Shown here: piece after piece, positions 36,074 to 46,088 of the stretch
How the letters are laid out: each line of letters starts with the position of its first letter
Numbering within the stretch: position 1 is the first letter of the stretch
NCBI GenBank assembly: GCA_964416335.1
Contig: CAYQDN010000004.1
Coordinates: 518 to 64,517 of the forward strand
Source of the DNA: an uncultured Azospirillum sp.
GTDB lineage: Bacteria; Pseudomonadota; Alphaproteobacteria; CACIAM-22H2
Length of the DNA: 64,000 nt
Direction: 5' to 3'
Translations under genes and position numbers: made by a program
Notes under the pieces: generated by a model
The model's input: the letters and a program-made list of their open reading frames with translations, nothing else
Databases searched by the model: none
Told to the model about the DNA's origin: nothing

Positions 36074-37054
36074 ATGAAGAACCAGATCACGCGCCGCAAC
36101 GCCCTCGCCCTTGCCGCCTTCGGCGGGGCCGCCTTCGCCACGCGCGGCGCGTTGGCGCAGGCACCCGCCTTCTTCCGCATCGGCACGGGCGGGACGGCCG
36201 GCACCTACTATCCGATCGGCGGCCTGATCGCGAACGCGATCTCGGTCCCGCCGCAGCTCGTCTCGACGGCGGTGGCCAGCAACGGCTCGGTCGCCAACGT
36301 CAACGCGATCGTCGGCGGGGCGGCGGAATCCGGCTTCGTGCAGGCCGACGTCGCCTTCTGGGCCTATTCGGGTACGGGCGTGTTCGAGGGCAAGCCCAAG
36401 CTCGACGAGCTGCGCTCGATCGCCAATCTCTATCCGGAATCGGTGCATCTCGTCGTGCGCAAGGCCTCGAACATCAAGTCGTTCGCCGACCTCAAGGGCA
36501 AGAAGGTGTCGCTCGACGAGCCGGGCTCGGGCACGCTCGTCAACGCCAAGGCGATCCTCGCGGCCTACGGCATCACCGAGAAGGACATCTCGGCCGAGTT
36601 CCTGAAGCCCAACCAGGCGGCCGAGAAGATGAAGGACGGGTCGTGCGACGCGTTCTTCTTCACCGGCGGCTATCCGGCCGCGGCGATCTCGGAACTCGCC
36701 TCGACCGGCTCGGGCATCGACCTGCTGCCCATCGACGGGGCGGGGGCCGCGAAGCTTGCCAAGGACTTCCCGTTCTTCGCGCCCGACCAGATCCCGGCCG
36801 GCACCTACAAGGACGTGGGTGCGGTCAAGACGGTCGCGGTGGGTGCGCACTGGATCACGTCGTCCAAGGTGTCGGCCGACACGGTCTATGCGGTGACCAA
36901 GGCGCTGTGGAGCGACAAGGCGCGCGCCGCCCTCGATGCCGGCCACGCCAAGGGCAAGGACATCCGCAAGGAAACAGCGCTCAACGGCCTGCTCGGCGTG
37001 CCGCTGCATGCCGGTGCCGAACGCTTCTACAAGGAAGCCGGCCTGCTGAAGTGA
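36074..37054 (+). CDS. TAXI-family TRAP transporter solute-binding subunit (signal peptide)
   Basis: ORF 36074..37054. IGTGGTAGTYYPIGGLIANAI is the TAXI SBP signature. Confidence 0.85.
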   Translation: MKNQITRRNALALAAFGGAAFATRGALAQAPAFFRIGTGGTAGTYYPIGGLIANAISVPPQLVSTAVASNGSVANVNAIVGGAAESGFVQADVAFWAYSGTGVFEGKPKLDELRSIANLYPESVHLVVRKASNIKSFADLKGKKVSLDEPGSGTLVNAKAILAAYGITEKDISAEFLKPNQAAEKMKDGSCDAFFFTGGYPAAAISELASTGSGIDLLPIDGAGAAKLAKDFPFFAPDQIPAGTYKDVGAVKTVAVGAHWITSSKVSADTVYAVTKALWSDKARAALDAGHAKGKDIRKETALNGLLGVPLHAGAERFYKEAGLLK

Positions 37055-37065
37055 CGACGACGTCG

Positions 37066-37098
37066 CTGCCCCTCTTCCCCCGCGGGGAAGAGGGGCAG
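37066..37098 (+). other. Perfect 15-bp stem / 3-nt loop hairpin (CTGCCCCTCTTCCCC CGC GGGGAAGAGGGGCAG) between TAXI SBP and permease genes
   Basis: Read directly from sequence. Intercistronic position 12 nt after the SBP stop and 16 nt before the permease ATG. Confidence 0.7.
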
Positions 37099-37113
37099 GG
37101 GAATCCCCCGGAA

Positions 37114-39267
37114 ATGCTCAAACAGCCAAGCGTCGACGAGCTTGCCCGGCTCGAGGAAGAACTCGACCCGGAGATGCAGTTCCGCAAGGTGCCGGGCGGG
37201 ACGGGCCTGCTCGTCGGCGGGCTGCTGCTCGTCCTGTCGATGTTCCACTACTACACGGCCGGCTTCGGGCTGCTGCGCGAGGTCACGCATCGCGGCGTGC
37301 ATCTCGCCTTCGTGCTCGGCCTCATCTTCCTCGTCTTCTCCGCGCGCCACGCCGACGGGCGCGTGGCCAAGCCCTCGACGCTGCTGCGGCCCGGCGGCAT
37401 CCCGCTTGCCGACTGGCTGATGGCGGCGGCGGCCGCCGTCTCCAGCCTCTACGTGCCGTGGATCTTCGTCGATCTCGCCTTCCGCGTGGGCAACCCTTCC
37501 GGGCTCGACGTGGCGATGGGCACCCTCACGGTCGTGCTGATGATCGAGGCCACACGCCGCGCCATCGGCTGGGGCCTGCCGCTCATTGCACTCTTCTCGA
37601 TGGTCTACGCGCTCAACGGCACGTGGTTCCCGGGAATTTTCCTGCATCCTGGTGCGACGTGGGCCACGCTCATCAACCATCTCTATCTCACCAGCCAGGG
37701 CGTCTACGGCGTGGCACTGGGCGTGGTCGCGACCTACGTGTTCCATTTCGTGCTGTTCGGCGTGCTCGCCACGCGCATCGGGCTCGGGCGGCTGTTCCTG
37801 GGCGTGGCCGCCGCGGTCGCCGGGCGCTATGCCGGCGGGCCCGCCAAGATCTCGATCTTCGGCTCGGCGCTGTTCGGCATGCTGTCGGGCTCGTCGGTCG
37901 CCAACACCGTGACGGTGGGCTCGCTCACCATCCCGATGATGATCCGGCTCGGCTACCAGCGCCATTTCGCGGCGGCCGTGGAATCGACCGCCGCGACCGG
38001 CGGCCAGATCACGCCGCCGATCATGGGGGCCGCGGCCTTCCTGATGGTCGAGTTCCTGAACCTGCCCTATTCGACCATCGTCGTCGCCGCGATCGTGCCG
38101 GCCTTCGTGCATTTCTTCGGCGTATTGATGCAGGTGCATTTCGAGGCCAAGCGCACCGGCATGCGGGGCCTCACCGACGACGAGGTGCCGGACCTGCGCA
38201 AGGTCTTCGCGGCCGACTGGCCCACGCTTGCCCCGCTGGTCGCCCTCGTCCTCATCCTGTTCAGCGGCTACACGCCCTATCTTGCGGCCTTCTGGGGCAT
38301 CACCGGATGCCTGCTGGTCGGACTTGCCGCGCGGCCGGGGCCGGCGGCCCTCGTCTTCGCCGCGGTGATGGTCGCAGGCGCACCCTTCGAGCTGCTGCGC
38401 CTGCCCGGCGTAAATCCGGGGCTTGCGCTGCTGTGCGCAGCGACGATGGCGCACGGCGTGCTGAGCCGCGGCAAGGTGGGGCGCAAGCTCTTCGCCGGCG
38501 TGGTCGATTCCTTCGTGCTGGGCGCCAAATACGCGATCGGCGTGGGGGCGGCCGCCGCCACCGTCGGCATCATCGTGGGCGTGGTGACGCTGACGGGCGT
38601 GGGCTTCAAGATCTCGTGGATCGTCACGTCGCTTTCCGACCAGTGGGCGCATCTGGTCGTCGACCACCTGCCGGTCGCAATGCTGGAGGTGAAGGCCGCG
38701 ACGCTCTTCTTCACGCTGGTGCTGACGGCGATCGTCTGCATCCTGCTGGGCTGCGGCGTGCCGACGACGGCGACCTACATCATCATGGTGACGGTGGCGA
38801 CACCCGCCCTCGGCATGCTGGGCGTCACACCGCTCGTCGCGCATTTTTTCGTCTTCTATTACGGCGTGCTCGCCGACATCACGCCGCCGGTCGCCATCGC
38901 GGCCTATGCCGGGGCGAGCATGGCGGGGGCCGATCCGTTCCGCACGGGCAACACCGCGTTCCGGCTCGCACTGGGCAAGGTGCTCGTGCCGTTCGTGTTC
39001 GTCTTCTCGCCGTCGATCCTGATCATGGTGCCGGACTTCACGCTGGCGAAGTTCCTCGCCGCGACGGCGAGCTGCCTTGCCAGCGTCACGCTGCTGTCGG
39101 CCGCGTTCGCGGGCTGGTTCCTTGCCCCGATGGCGAAGTGGGAACGGGTGCTGATCGGTGTCGCCGCCCTGCCGATGATCCACGGCTCGGCCGGCGGTGC
39201 CGCGATCTCGGTGGTGCTGGCACTGCCGGTGCTGGCGCGCCAGTTCCTGGCGCGCCGCGCGGCCTAG
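37114..39267 (+). CDS. TAXI-family TRAP transporter fused permease (DctQ-like + DctM-like domains)
   Basis: ATG 37114 in-frame inside ORF 36643..39267. About 717 aa. Highly hydrophobic, 16-18 TM. Confidence 0.85.
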   Translation: MLKQPSVDELARLEEELDPEMQFRKVPGGTGLLVGGLLLVLSMFHYYTAGFGLLREVTHRGVHLAFVLGLIFLVFSARHADGRVAKPSTLLRPGGIPLADWLMAAAAAVSSLYVPWIFVDLAFRVGNPSGLDVAMGTLTVVLMIEATRRAIGWGLPLIALFSMVYALNGTWFPGIFLHPGATWATLINHLYLTSQGVYGVALGVVATYVFHFVLFGVLATRIGLGRLFLGVAAAVAGRYAGGPAKISIFGSALFGMLSGSSVANTVTVGSLTIPMMIRLGYQRHFAAAVESTAATGGQITPPIMGAAAFLMVEFLNLPYSTIVVAAIVPAFVHFFGVLMQVHFEAKRTGMRGLTDDEVPDLRKVFAADWPTLAPLVALVLILFSGYTPYLAAFWGITGCLLVGLAARPGPAALVFAAVMVAGAPFELLRLPGVNPGLALLCAATMAHGVLSRGKVGRKLFAGVVDSFVLGAKYAIGVGAAAATVGIIVGVVTLTGVGFKISWIVTSLSDQWAHLVVDHLPVAMLEVKAATLFFTLVLTAIVCILLGCGVPTTATYIIMVTVATPALGMLGVTPLVAHFFVFYYGVLADITPPVAIAAYAGASMAGADPFRTGNTAFRLALGKVLVPFVFVFSPSILIMVPDFTLAKFLAATASCLASVTLLSAAFAGWFLAPMAKWERVLIGVAALPMIHGSAGGAAISVVLALPVLARQFLARRAA

Positions 39268-39291
39268 GGCGCCACCGACATCCGGCCGCTT

Positions 39292-39395
39292 CCGTCATGC
39301 CCGGCGAATGCCGCACCGGGCAATGCCCGGTGCCACGTCTTTTGCGGTTTTGCGGAGAGTTGAAGTCGTGGATACCCGGGACAAGCCATCCGGGG
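39292..39395. repeat. REP/BIME-like repeat, family A, copy 3 (rearranged/degenerate half-units)
   Basis: CCGTCATGCCCGGCGAATGCCGCACCGGGCAATGCCCGG...GAAGTCGTGGATACCCGGGACAAGCCATCCGGGG. Confidence 0.7.
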
Positions 39396-39459
39396 TTGCA
39401 AGTCAATCGCGCGCATCGTAAGATTAAATCAGAGATTGTCTCGATTGCCGGGAGCGGCC

Positions 39460-40077
39460 ATGAGCTTCTTGATATTCCAGGTGGCGGTACTTTTCCTTCC
39501 TGGACTCATTTGGGCATCGATCGACGCGAAGTACGTCGCGAAGCGCGAGGTTCCCCAGTTCCAGCTCCTGCTCAATGCGTTCCTGTTCGGGGTATTCACC
39601 TACACCGTCCTGTACCTGTTGATGCGTCAGTACGGATTCACGACCAGTCTTCCGGCCATCTTCGACGAAACGTCCGAAAAGCTTCAGATCGGCAAGGCGA
39701 TCGACGAGATCGTCTGGGCGGTCCTTCTTTCGGTCGTTCTCGCGGTCTGCTGGGTGTATTTGGGAACCTACAAGATCATAAACCGCTTCCTGCAGCGGAT
39801 TTCCGCGACCAAGAAGTTCGGTGATGAGGATGTATGGGATTTCGTCTTCAACTCGAATGATGCCGCCGTCGAGTATGTCAACGTGCGCGATTTCGCGAAG
39901 AAGATCGTGTATTCGGGTTGGGTCAAGGCCTTCTCGGATCGCGCCGAACTTCGCGAGTTGGTGCTCCGCGACGTTCAGGTGTACGATTTCGAATCGAAGC
40001 TTCTCTTCGACATGCCTTTGATCTATGTGGCGCGGAAGAAGGACGATATCGACATCGAGTTCCCGTACCGCCAATAA
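39460..40077 (+). CDS. Hypothetical membrane protein (205 aa) on a low-GC (about 53%) islet
   Basis: GGAG RBS 8 nt before ATG 39460. Three N-terminal TM helices plus a charged C-terminal domain. The GC drop is confined to this gene. Confidence 0.55.
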   Translation: MSFLIFQVAVLFLPGLIWASIDAKYVAKREVPQFQLLLNAFLFGVFTYTVLYLLMRQYGFTTSLPAIFDETSEKLQIGKAIDEIVWAVLLSVVLAVCWVYLGTYKIINRFLQRISATKKFGDEDVWDFVFNSNDAAVEYVNVRDFAKKIVYSGWVKAFSDRAELRELVLRDVQVYDFESKLLFDMPLIYVARKKDDIDIEFPYRQ

Positions 40078-40121
40078 GCTTGCGTATATATGCCCAATTT
40101 CTTTCCGAGGAGCGGCCGATC

Positions 40122-40298
40122 ATGGTGAGTTCAAAACCGCCCGCCACGACCCGGCTGACCGAAGGCCATGTCGTGAAAGGCGGCGTCAATCCGCCGACCT
40201 CTCAGGTCGTGTCCCGTCCCCCGCCACCGGCACCGATCCGGCCGTCAGCACCGCAGCCGGCGCCGGCTGGCGGATCGACGGTCACACCGAAGCCCTAG
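40122..40298 (+). CDS. Possible small Pro-rich protein (58 aa)
   Basis: AGGAGCGGCCGATC-ATG gives a good RBS. It fits exactly in the gap before the convergent SDR gene. Pro-rich, low complexity, no homology recognised; could be non-coding. Confidence 0.25.
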   Translation: MVSSKPPATTRLTEGHVVKGGVNPPTSQVVSRPPPPAPIRPSAPQPAPAGGSTVTPKP

Positions 40299-40308
40299 TC
40301 TTCGAGCC

Positions 40309-41061
40309 TCACAAAGCCACCGACATCCCGCCGTCGACGATGATCGTCTGGCCGGTCAGGTACGAGCCCGCGTCCGAGCAGAGCAGCAGGGCGGCGCCGC
40401 CCAGTTCGTGCGGATCGCCCCAGCGGCCCAGCGGCGTGCGGCGCACGATCATCGCGTTGAAGTCGGAATCGGCGATCAGCGCCTTGTTGATGTCGGTCTT
40501 GAAATAGCCGGGTGCGATGCCGTTGACGAGGATGCCCTTGGGCGCAAGCTCGATCGCCATCTGGCGGATCATGCCTTCGAGCGCCGTCTTCGCGGCCGCG
40601 TAGGCGACCGTGTTGGGGCGCCCGAGATGCGCCATCAGCGAGGTGGTGTAGAGGATGCGCCCCTTGCCGGTCGGCGCCATGATCTTGGCCGCTTCGCGGC
40701 CCAGCACGAAGCCCGCGCGCAGATGCTGGCCGACGACATTGTCGAAATCCGCGCTCTTGTACTCCGTGAAAGCACCGCGGATCGTGCCGCCGGCGTTGGA
40801 GACGAGGATGTCGAAGCGCCCGCGGCGCTTGTGGATGTCGGCCACGGCCGCCACGCAGGCCGCCTCGTCGGTCACGTCGAAGGCGAGCGCTTCGCCGCCG
40901 AGCTTCTTGGCGGCGGCCTCGGCCTCCGCCTTGTTGCGCGCGTTGACGACGACATGCGCCCCGGCACCGGCGAGGGCCGACGCCATCCCGAAGCCCAGGC
41001 CGCGCGAGCCGCCGGTCACCAGTGCCACGCGGCCTTTGAGGTCGAACATCGGATGTGTCAT
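40309..41061 (-). CDS. SDR-family oxidoreductase (gluconate-5-dehydrogenase / 3-oxoacyl-ACP reductase-like)
   Basis: ORF 40309..41061. TGGSRGLG glycine motif. YAAAKTAL catalytic YxxxK. Confidence 0.85.
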   Translation of the reverse strand: MTHPMFDLKGRVALVTGGSRGLGFGMASALAGAGAHVVVNARNKAEAEAAAKKLGGEALAFDVTDEAACVAAVADIHKRRGRFDILVSNAGGTIRGAFTEYKSADFDNVVGQHLRAGFVLGREAAKIMAPTGKGRILYTTSLMAHLGRPNTVAYAAAKTALEGMIRQMAIELAPKGILVNGIAPGYFKTDINKALIADSDFNAMIVRRTPLGRWGDPHELGGAALLLCSDAGSYLTGQTIIVDGGMSVAL

Positions 41062-41143
41062 TGCGGCGGTCTCCCTGTTTTCTGCTTGGGAGGAATTGTA
41101 TGCCGGGCGCGCGCCGATCCTTAAGCGCTTTTTTGCGCGGGGC

Positions 41144-42157
41144 TCAGGGCAGCTCGGGGACTTTCTCGTGCGCCGCGGTCCCGGTGAGGCTGCCCATGAA
41201 CGAGATCAGCTGGCGCTTTTCGGCGAAGGTGAGGCCGAGCGGGCGGATCTTGTCGGAGAGGCTCGGCCGCTTGATGCCGCCGCGGTCATAGACGTTGATC
41301 ACGTCCATCAGCGTGGCGGCCGAGCCGTCGTGGAAATAGGGGGCGCTCAGCACGACCTCGCGCAGCGAGGGCGTCTTGAACGCGTATTGCGCCTTGATGT
41401 CGCCCGGGAACAGCCGGCCGCGGCCGATATCCTCGCCCGGCAGGCCGACATCGTGGAACTTGCCGTCGGTGAAACGCCAGGTCGTGTGGCACTCGGCGCA
41501 CATCGCCTTGCCGTTGAACAGGACGAAGCCCGCCTTGGAATCGTCGGACAGCGCCGTCTCGTCGCCCTCGATCCACGCGTCGAACGGGGCGGGGCCGCTG
41601 ACGATCGTGCGTTCGTACTGCGCCACGGCCTGCGAGATCGACTGCGCCGTGACCGGGTCGCGCGCATCGGGGAATGCCGCGGCGAACAAAGGCGCATAGC
41701 CCGGAATCTCCTTCACCCGGGCGAGCAGCTCGCGCTCGGGCGTGTTCATCGCGGGGCCGGACATGGCGCCCAGCATCTGCTTTTCCAGCGTGTCGGCGCG
41801 CCCGTCCCAGTTGAAGAGCGTGTCCCACGCGAGGTTGGCGATGCCCGACGTGTGGCGCGGCATCACGTGGCCGAGCGGGGCGGGCGAATTCGCCACCCCG
41901 TCGCCCCAGCCGAGGCCCGGCACGTGGCACGAAGCGCACGCGATCTCGCCGTTGAAGCCGATGCGCTTGTCGAAGAACAGCATGCGGCCGAGCTCGACGC
42001 GCCGCCTGTCGAACGGATTGTCGGCCGAGAAGGGGATCTCCGCGGGCCGGCGGTATTTCGCCTGCAGGGCCTTCAGATCGACCGGCTGCGCTGCCGCACC
42101 GGCAGCGAACCCCGCCAGCACGAGGAGCCCCACGACTGTTCCGATCGCCCGGCGCAT
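41144..42157 (-). CDS. Di-haem cytochrome c peroxidase (CCP/MauG family), signal peptide
   Basis: Two CxxCH motifs (CASCH, CAECH). Start MRRAIGTVVGLLVLAG at 42157 with GGAG RBS; the ORF extends to 42178. Confidence 0.85.
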   Translation of the reverse strand: MRRAIGTVVGLLVLAGFAAGAAAQPVDLKALQAKYRRPAEIPFSADNPFDRRRVELGRMLFFDKRIGFNGEIACASCHVPGLGWGDGVANSPAPLGHVMPRHTSGIANLAWDTLFNWDGRADTLEKQMLGAMSGPAMNTPERELLARVKEIPGYAPLFAAAFPDARDPVTAQSISQAVAQYERTIVSGPAPFDAWIEGDETALSDDSKAGFVLFNGKAMCAECHTTWRFTDGKFHDVGLPGEDIGRGRLFPGDIKAQYAFKTPSLREVVLSAPYFHDGSAATLMDVINVYDRGGIKRPSLSDKIRPLGLTFAEKRQLISFMGSLTGTAAHEKVPELP

Positions 42158-42280
42158 GGCACGACACTCCGCTTCCATCGAGGATCGCGGAGTCTCGGCC
42201 AGGGCCGGGCGAAAGGAAAGGGCCTAGACGCCTTCCGGTTGTAGTATGGTTAACCCTACATACGGAAGCCGTACGGCGTC

Positions 42281-43465
42281 CTACTTGTCGAGAAACGCCT
42301 TCAGCTTGTCCGCCACGCGCGTCATCGCGAGCACGCCGTCGAGATGGCCGCCGTTGCCCGGGATCGTCACGAGGTCGGCGTCCTTGCCCTGCTTCTTCAG
42401 GATGTCGACCGCCTTGTGCGCGTAGGCCGGGATGAGCAGCAGGTCGCTCTCGGCCGGGACGAACAGCGTGCGCGCCTTGATGCGGGCAAGCCCGTCCTCG
42501 AGATTGGCGACGTGGCCGGCGGTGAAGAGCTGGTTGGCGCGCACGAGATAGACGAAGTGCGCGGCATCCGACAGCCGCGCGCGGGCCAGCGCAACCTGAT
42601 CGAGGACGGTCTCGATCTGGTACCTGTTCTCCCACGCGTCGAGCGGGTTCTTGGCGGCATCGCCCCACTTGCGCCCGAACGTGGCATCGGCCCAGCCGTG
42701 CGCGCGCGCGTCGATCGTCACCATCTTGAGCGCGAAGGCGAGGCCGGCGTCCGGCGTGGGTCCGCCGAAATACTCCCCGCCCTTCCAGTTGGGATCGAGC
42801 AGGATGGGCTGGGCCCACATGCCGAGCCTGGCGATCGTGTAGGCATCCGCCTCGCCCACGCCGAGCACGGGGACGACGCGCTGCACGAAATCGGGATAGG
42901 CCGACGCCCATTCGAGCGACTGCAGCGCCCCCATCGAGGCGCCGACGGCGGCGTAGATCTTCGTCACGCCGAGCGAGTCGAGCAGCGCCTTCTGCACGTT
43001 GACGAAGTCGCGGATGGTCACGATCGGGAACGACATGCCGTAGGGCTTGCCGGTGGCGGGATCGTTGGTCGCCGGGCCCGTCGTGACGGTGATGCCGTCC
43101 TTGACGTTGAGATTGACGAGGCTGTCGACCGAGATGACGAAATACTTGCCCGTGTCGATCGCCTTGCCGGGCCCGATGATGGCATCCCAGTAGCCGGCGG
43201 CGGGGGCTTCGGCCCTGTACTTGCCGGCGGCGTTGGAATTGCCGGAGAAGAAATGCGGGACGATGACGACATTGTCCTTGGCGGCGTTGAGTTTGCCGTA
43301 GCTCTCCCAGCCGACCTTGACGTCCTTGATCGTCTTGCCGCCGAGCGTGGTGTAGCTCGGCAACGTGAAGCTCTTCTTTTCGACGATGCCCACGCTGTCC
43401 TGGGCGGCGACGGGACCGGCCGCCACGGCGAAGGCGAGCAGGGTGCCAAGAATCTTGAAGCGCAT
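42281..43465 (-). CDS. Secreted alpha/beta-hydrolase (homoserine-acetyltransferase-fold, MetX-like)
   Basis: Start MRFKILGTLLAFAVAAG at 43465 with AAGGGGGGAA RBS. Nucleophile elbow GASMG. Asp/His in ESDLL and GGHLDG. Confidence 0.7.
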   Translation of the reverse strand: MRFKILGTLLAFAVAAGPVAAQDSVGIVEKKSFTLPSYTTLGGKTIKDVKVGWESYGKLNAAKDNVVIVPHFFSGNSNAAGKYRAEAPAAGYWDAIIGPGKAIDTGKYFVISVDSLVNLNVKDGITVTTGPATNDPATGKPYGMSFPIVTIRDFVNVQKALLDSLGVTKIYAAVGASMGALQSLEWASAYPDFVQRVVPVLGVGEADAYTIARLGMWAQPILLDPNWKGGEYFGGPTPDAGLAFALKMVTIDARAHGWADATFGRKWGDAAKNPLDAWENRYQIETVLDQVALARARLSDAAHFVYLVRANQLFTAGHVANLEDGLARIKARTLFVPAESDLLLIPAYAHKAVDILKKQGKDADLVTIPGNGGHLDGVLAMTRVADKLKAFLDK

Positions 43466-43500
43466 TTTGTATTCCCCCCTTAAAGTTTGATCGACGCTAG

Positions 43501-44295
<795 letters not shown>

Positions 44296-44299
44296 CGCG

Positions 44300-44902
44300 T
44301 CACTCGTGGGCGTGGACGAATTCGCCCCGCGCCATCGCGAGGTGATGCGGCTGGTGGTGGGCGCCGCTCGCCATCAGGCCGATGAAGCCGAGGCCGCGGA
44401 TGCGGGCGACCTGTGCGGGATCGCCTGACGTCACGGTCAGGCGCACGCCGTCGGCGATCTTCTCGGCCTTCGCGGACCAGCCGTTCATCTTGCCCAGTTC
44501 CGCCGCATGGGCGACCAGCATGCGCTGGATCGCACCCGCCGTCCGGCCGGTTCCGGTGACGGTTGCTTCGATGCCGCCGTCGACCGGCACGGTCTTCGCG
44601 TCGGCCTTCAGCGTGACGTCGTTCATGTCGATCAGGTGCTGGCGCAGCGCCTCCAGATCGACCTTGGCCCAGTCGGTCTTCGGATCGGCCTCGAGGATGC
44701 GCACGATCTCCTGGACGGTGCCGAACGCGTCCTGTCCGGGCATCGTCGGCATCGCCGCGTGGCCGGCGTCGCCGTGCTGCATCGGTTGCATGTGCTGCAT
44801 GTGCTGCGGCATCGGGCCGGGCATCTGTGCCTGCACCGCATGCACGGCGATCGCCGCGACGGGCAGGGCGACCAGGGCGGCCGCGATCAGGTGCTTCTTC
44901 AT
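44300..44902 (-). CDS. Periplasmic His/Met-rich protein, putative metal (copper)-binding
   Basis: Signal peptide MKKHLIAAALVALPVAAIA. MPGPMPQHMQHMQPMQHGDAGHAAMPTMPG Met/His repeat. His-rich C-terminus HHQPHHLAMARGEFVHAHE. Confidence 0.5.
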   Translation of the reverse strand: MKKHLIAAALVALPVAAIAVHAVQAQMPGPMPQHMQHMQPMQHGDAGHAAMPTMPGQDAFGTVQEIVRILEADPKTDWAKVDLEALRQHLIDMNDVTLKADAKTVPVDGGIEATVTGTGRTAGAIQRMLVAHAAELGKMNGWSAKAEKIADGVRLTVTSGDPAQVARIRGLGFIGLMASGAHHQPHHLAMARGEFVHAHE

Positions 44903-44964
44903 TTCGGGTGCTCCGGTTCGGGATTTTCAGCCTGTACCCTTGCCAGACCGGCATCGATCCGGAC

Positions 44965-45507
44965 ATGATAGAGATCATGTCGAATGCCCTTTTCGAACTG
45001 CTGGACCCGCTGCCGGCCCGCGCCGGCACGTTCGCACCCGGCAAGCACCTCTTCCGGCAGGGCGATCCGGTGCGCGTGCTCCATCGCATCGTCGCAGGCG
45101 AGGTCCATCTGGTCCGGCGCCAGCCTGGCGGCGGGCAGCTTGTCCTGCAGCGCGCGCGCGCGGGCTCGGTGCTGGCGGAGGCCTCGCTGTTCTCCGAGCG
45201 CTACCATTGCGACGCGGTCGCGGTCGTGCCGACCCGCACGCAGGCGATCGGCCGGCCGGCGATGCGCGCGGCCCTCGACGGGCGCCCCGGGTTCGCGGCC
45301 GGATGGGCGGCTTATCTCGCGCACGAGGTGCAGCGCACGCGCCTGCGCGCGGAAATCCTGTCGCTGCGCACCGTCGCCGAACGGCTCGACGCGTGGATCG
45401 CGGCGAATGACGGGCGCCAGCCGGCGAAAGGCGAATGGAAGACGGTCGCGGCGGAAATCGGGACGAGCCCCGAAGCCCTCTATCGCGAACGCGCGAAGCG
45501 CGGTTAG
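44965..45507 (+). CDS. Crp/Fnr-family transcriptional regulator (cNMP-binding domain + C-terminal HTH)
   Basis: Within ORF 44827..45507. Beta-roll region FRQGDPVRVLHRIVAGEVHL. C-terminal HTH. Alternative ATG at 44977. Confidence 0.7.
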   Translation: MIEIMSNALFELLDPLPARAGTFAPGKHLFRQGDPVRVLHRIVAGEVHLVRRQPGGGQLVLQRARAGSVLAEASLFSERYHCDAVAVVPTRTQAIGRPAMRAALDGRPGFAAGWAAYLAHEVQRTRLRAEILSLRTVAERLDAWIAANDGRQPAKGEWKTVAAEIGTSPEALYRERAKRG

Positions 45508-45600
45508 TGCCCGTAGCCTTCACGCCGTTTGATCCCCTGCCGCCACTCCCGATATAAGATCGCGGACGGCTGGGTTGCGGCCGGCTGAGGAGGGCATTCG

Positions 45601-45939
45601 ATGGCGAAGAGCGTGCTGCTGCGTCACCCGGCGAGCGGGATCGTCCGGAAGGGCCATTTCGGCTTCAGCTGGACGATCCTTTTCTTCAACGGCATTCCGA
45701 TGATCGGCCGCGGCGATTTCACCACCGGGCTTCTGCTTCTGATCTTCAATTCGATGGCCGCGCTGACGCCCGACGGCACGATGCTCATGGCATTCGGAGT
45801 CACCTATTTCATCAGCAGCCTGATCTGTGCTGGCCGGTACAACGACCATGCGCTTCTCGGGCTGCTCGAGCGCGGCTACGAATTCCACGACACGCCCGAG
45901 CGCGTCGATGCCGCGAAGAAGGAACTCGGATTCGGCTGA
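45601..45939 (+). CDS. DUF2628-like small membrane protein, paralog 1
   Basis: GAGGAGGG RBS. Shares with 46179..46565 the pattern RHP....V.R..YGF.WT.FFW.G.P...RG....GL and two TM helices. Confidence 0.6.
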   Translation: MAKSVLLRHPASGIVRKGHFGFSWTILFFNGIPMIGRGDFTTGLLLLIFNSMAALTPDGTMLMAFGVTYFISSLICAGRYNDHALLGLLERGYEFHDTPERVDAAKKELGFG

Positions 45940-45946
45940 GCGAGCC

Positions 45947-46083
45947 GCCCCCTCACCCCGCGACGTATACGTCGCGCCTCTCCCGCAAGGGGAGAGGGAA
46001 TCATACCGGTGATATGGATGCACGAGTGCGTGCGTCACCAAGACTGAAGTCCCCTCTCCCCTTGCGGGAGAGGGTGAGGGGTG
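45947..46083. repeat. Nested-palindrome repeat, family B, copy 2 (longer central spacer)
   Basis: CCCCCTCACCCCGCGACGTATACGTCGCGCCTCTCCCGCAAGGGGAGAGG ... CCCCTCTCCCCTTGCGGGAGAGGGTGAGGGG. Confidence 0.75.
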
Positions 46084-46088
46084 TTTCC

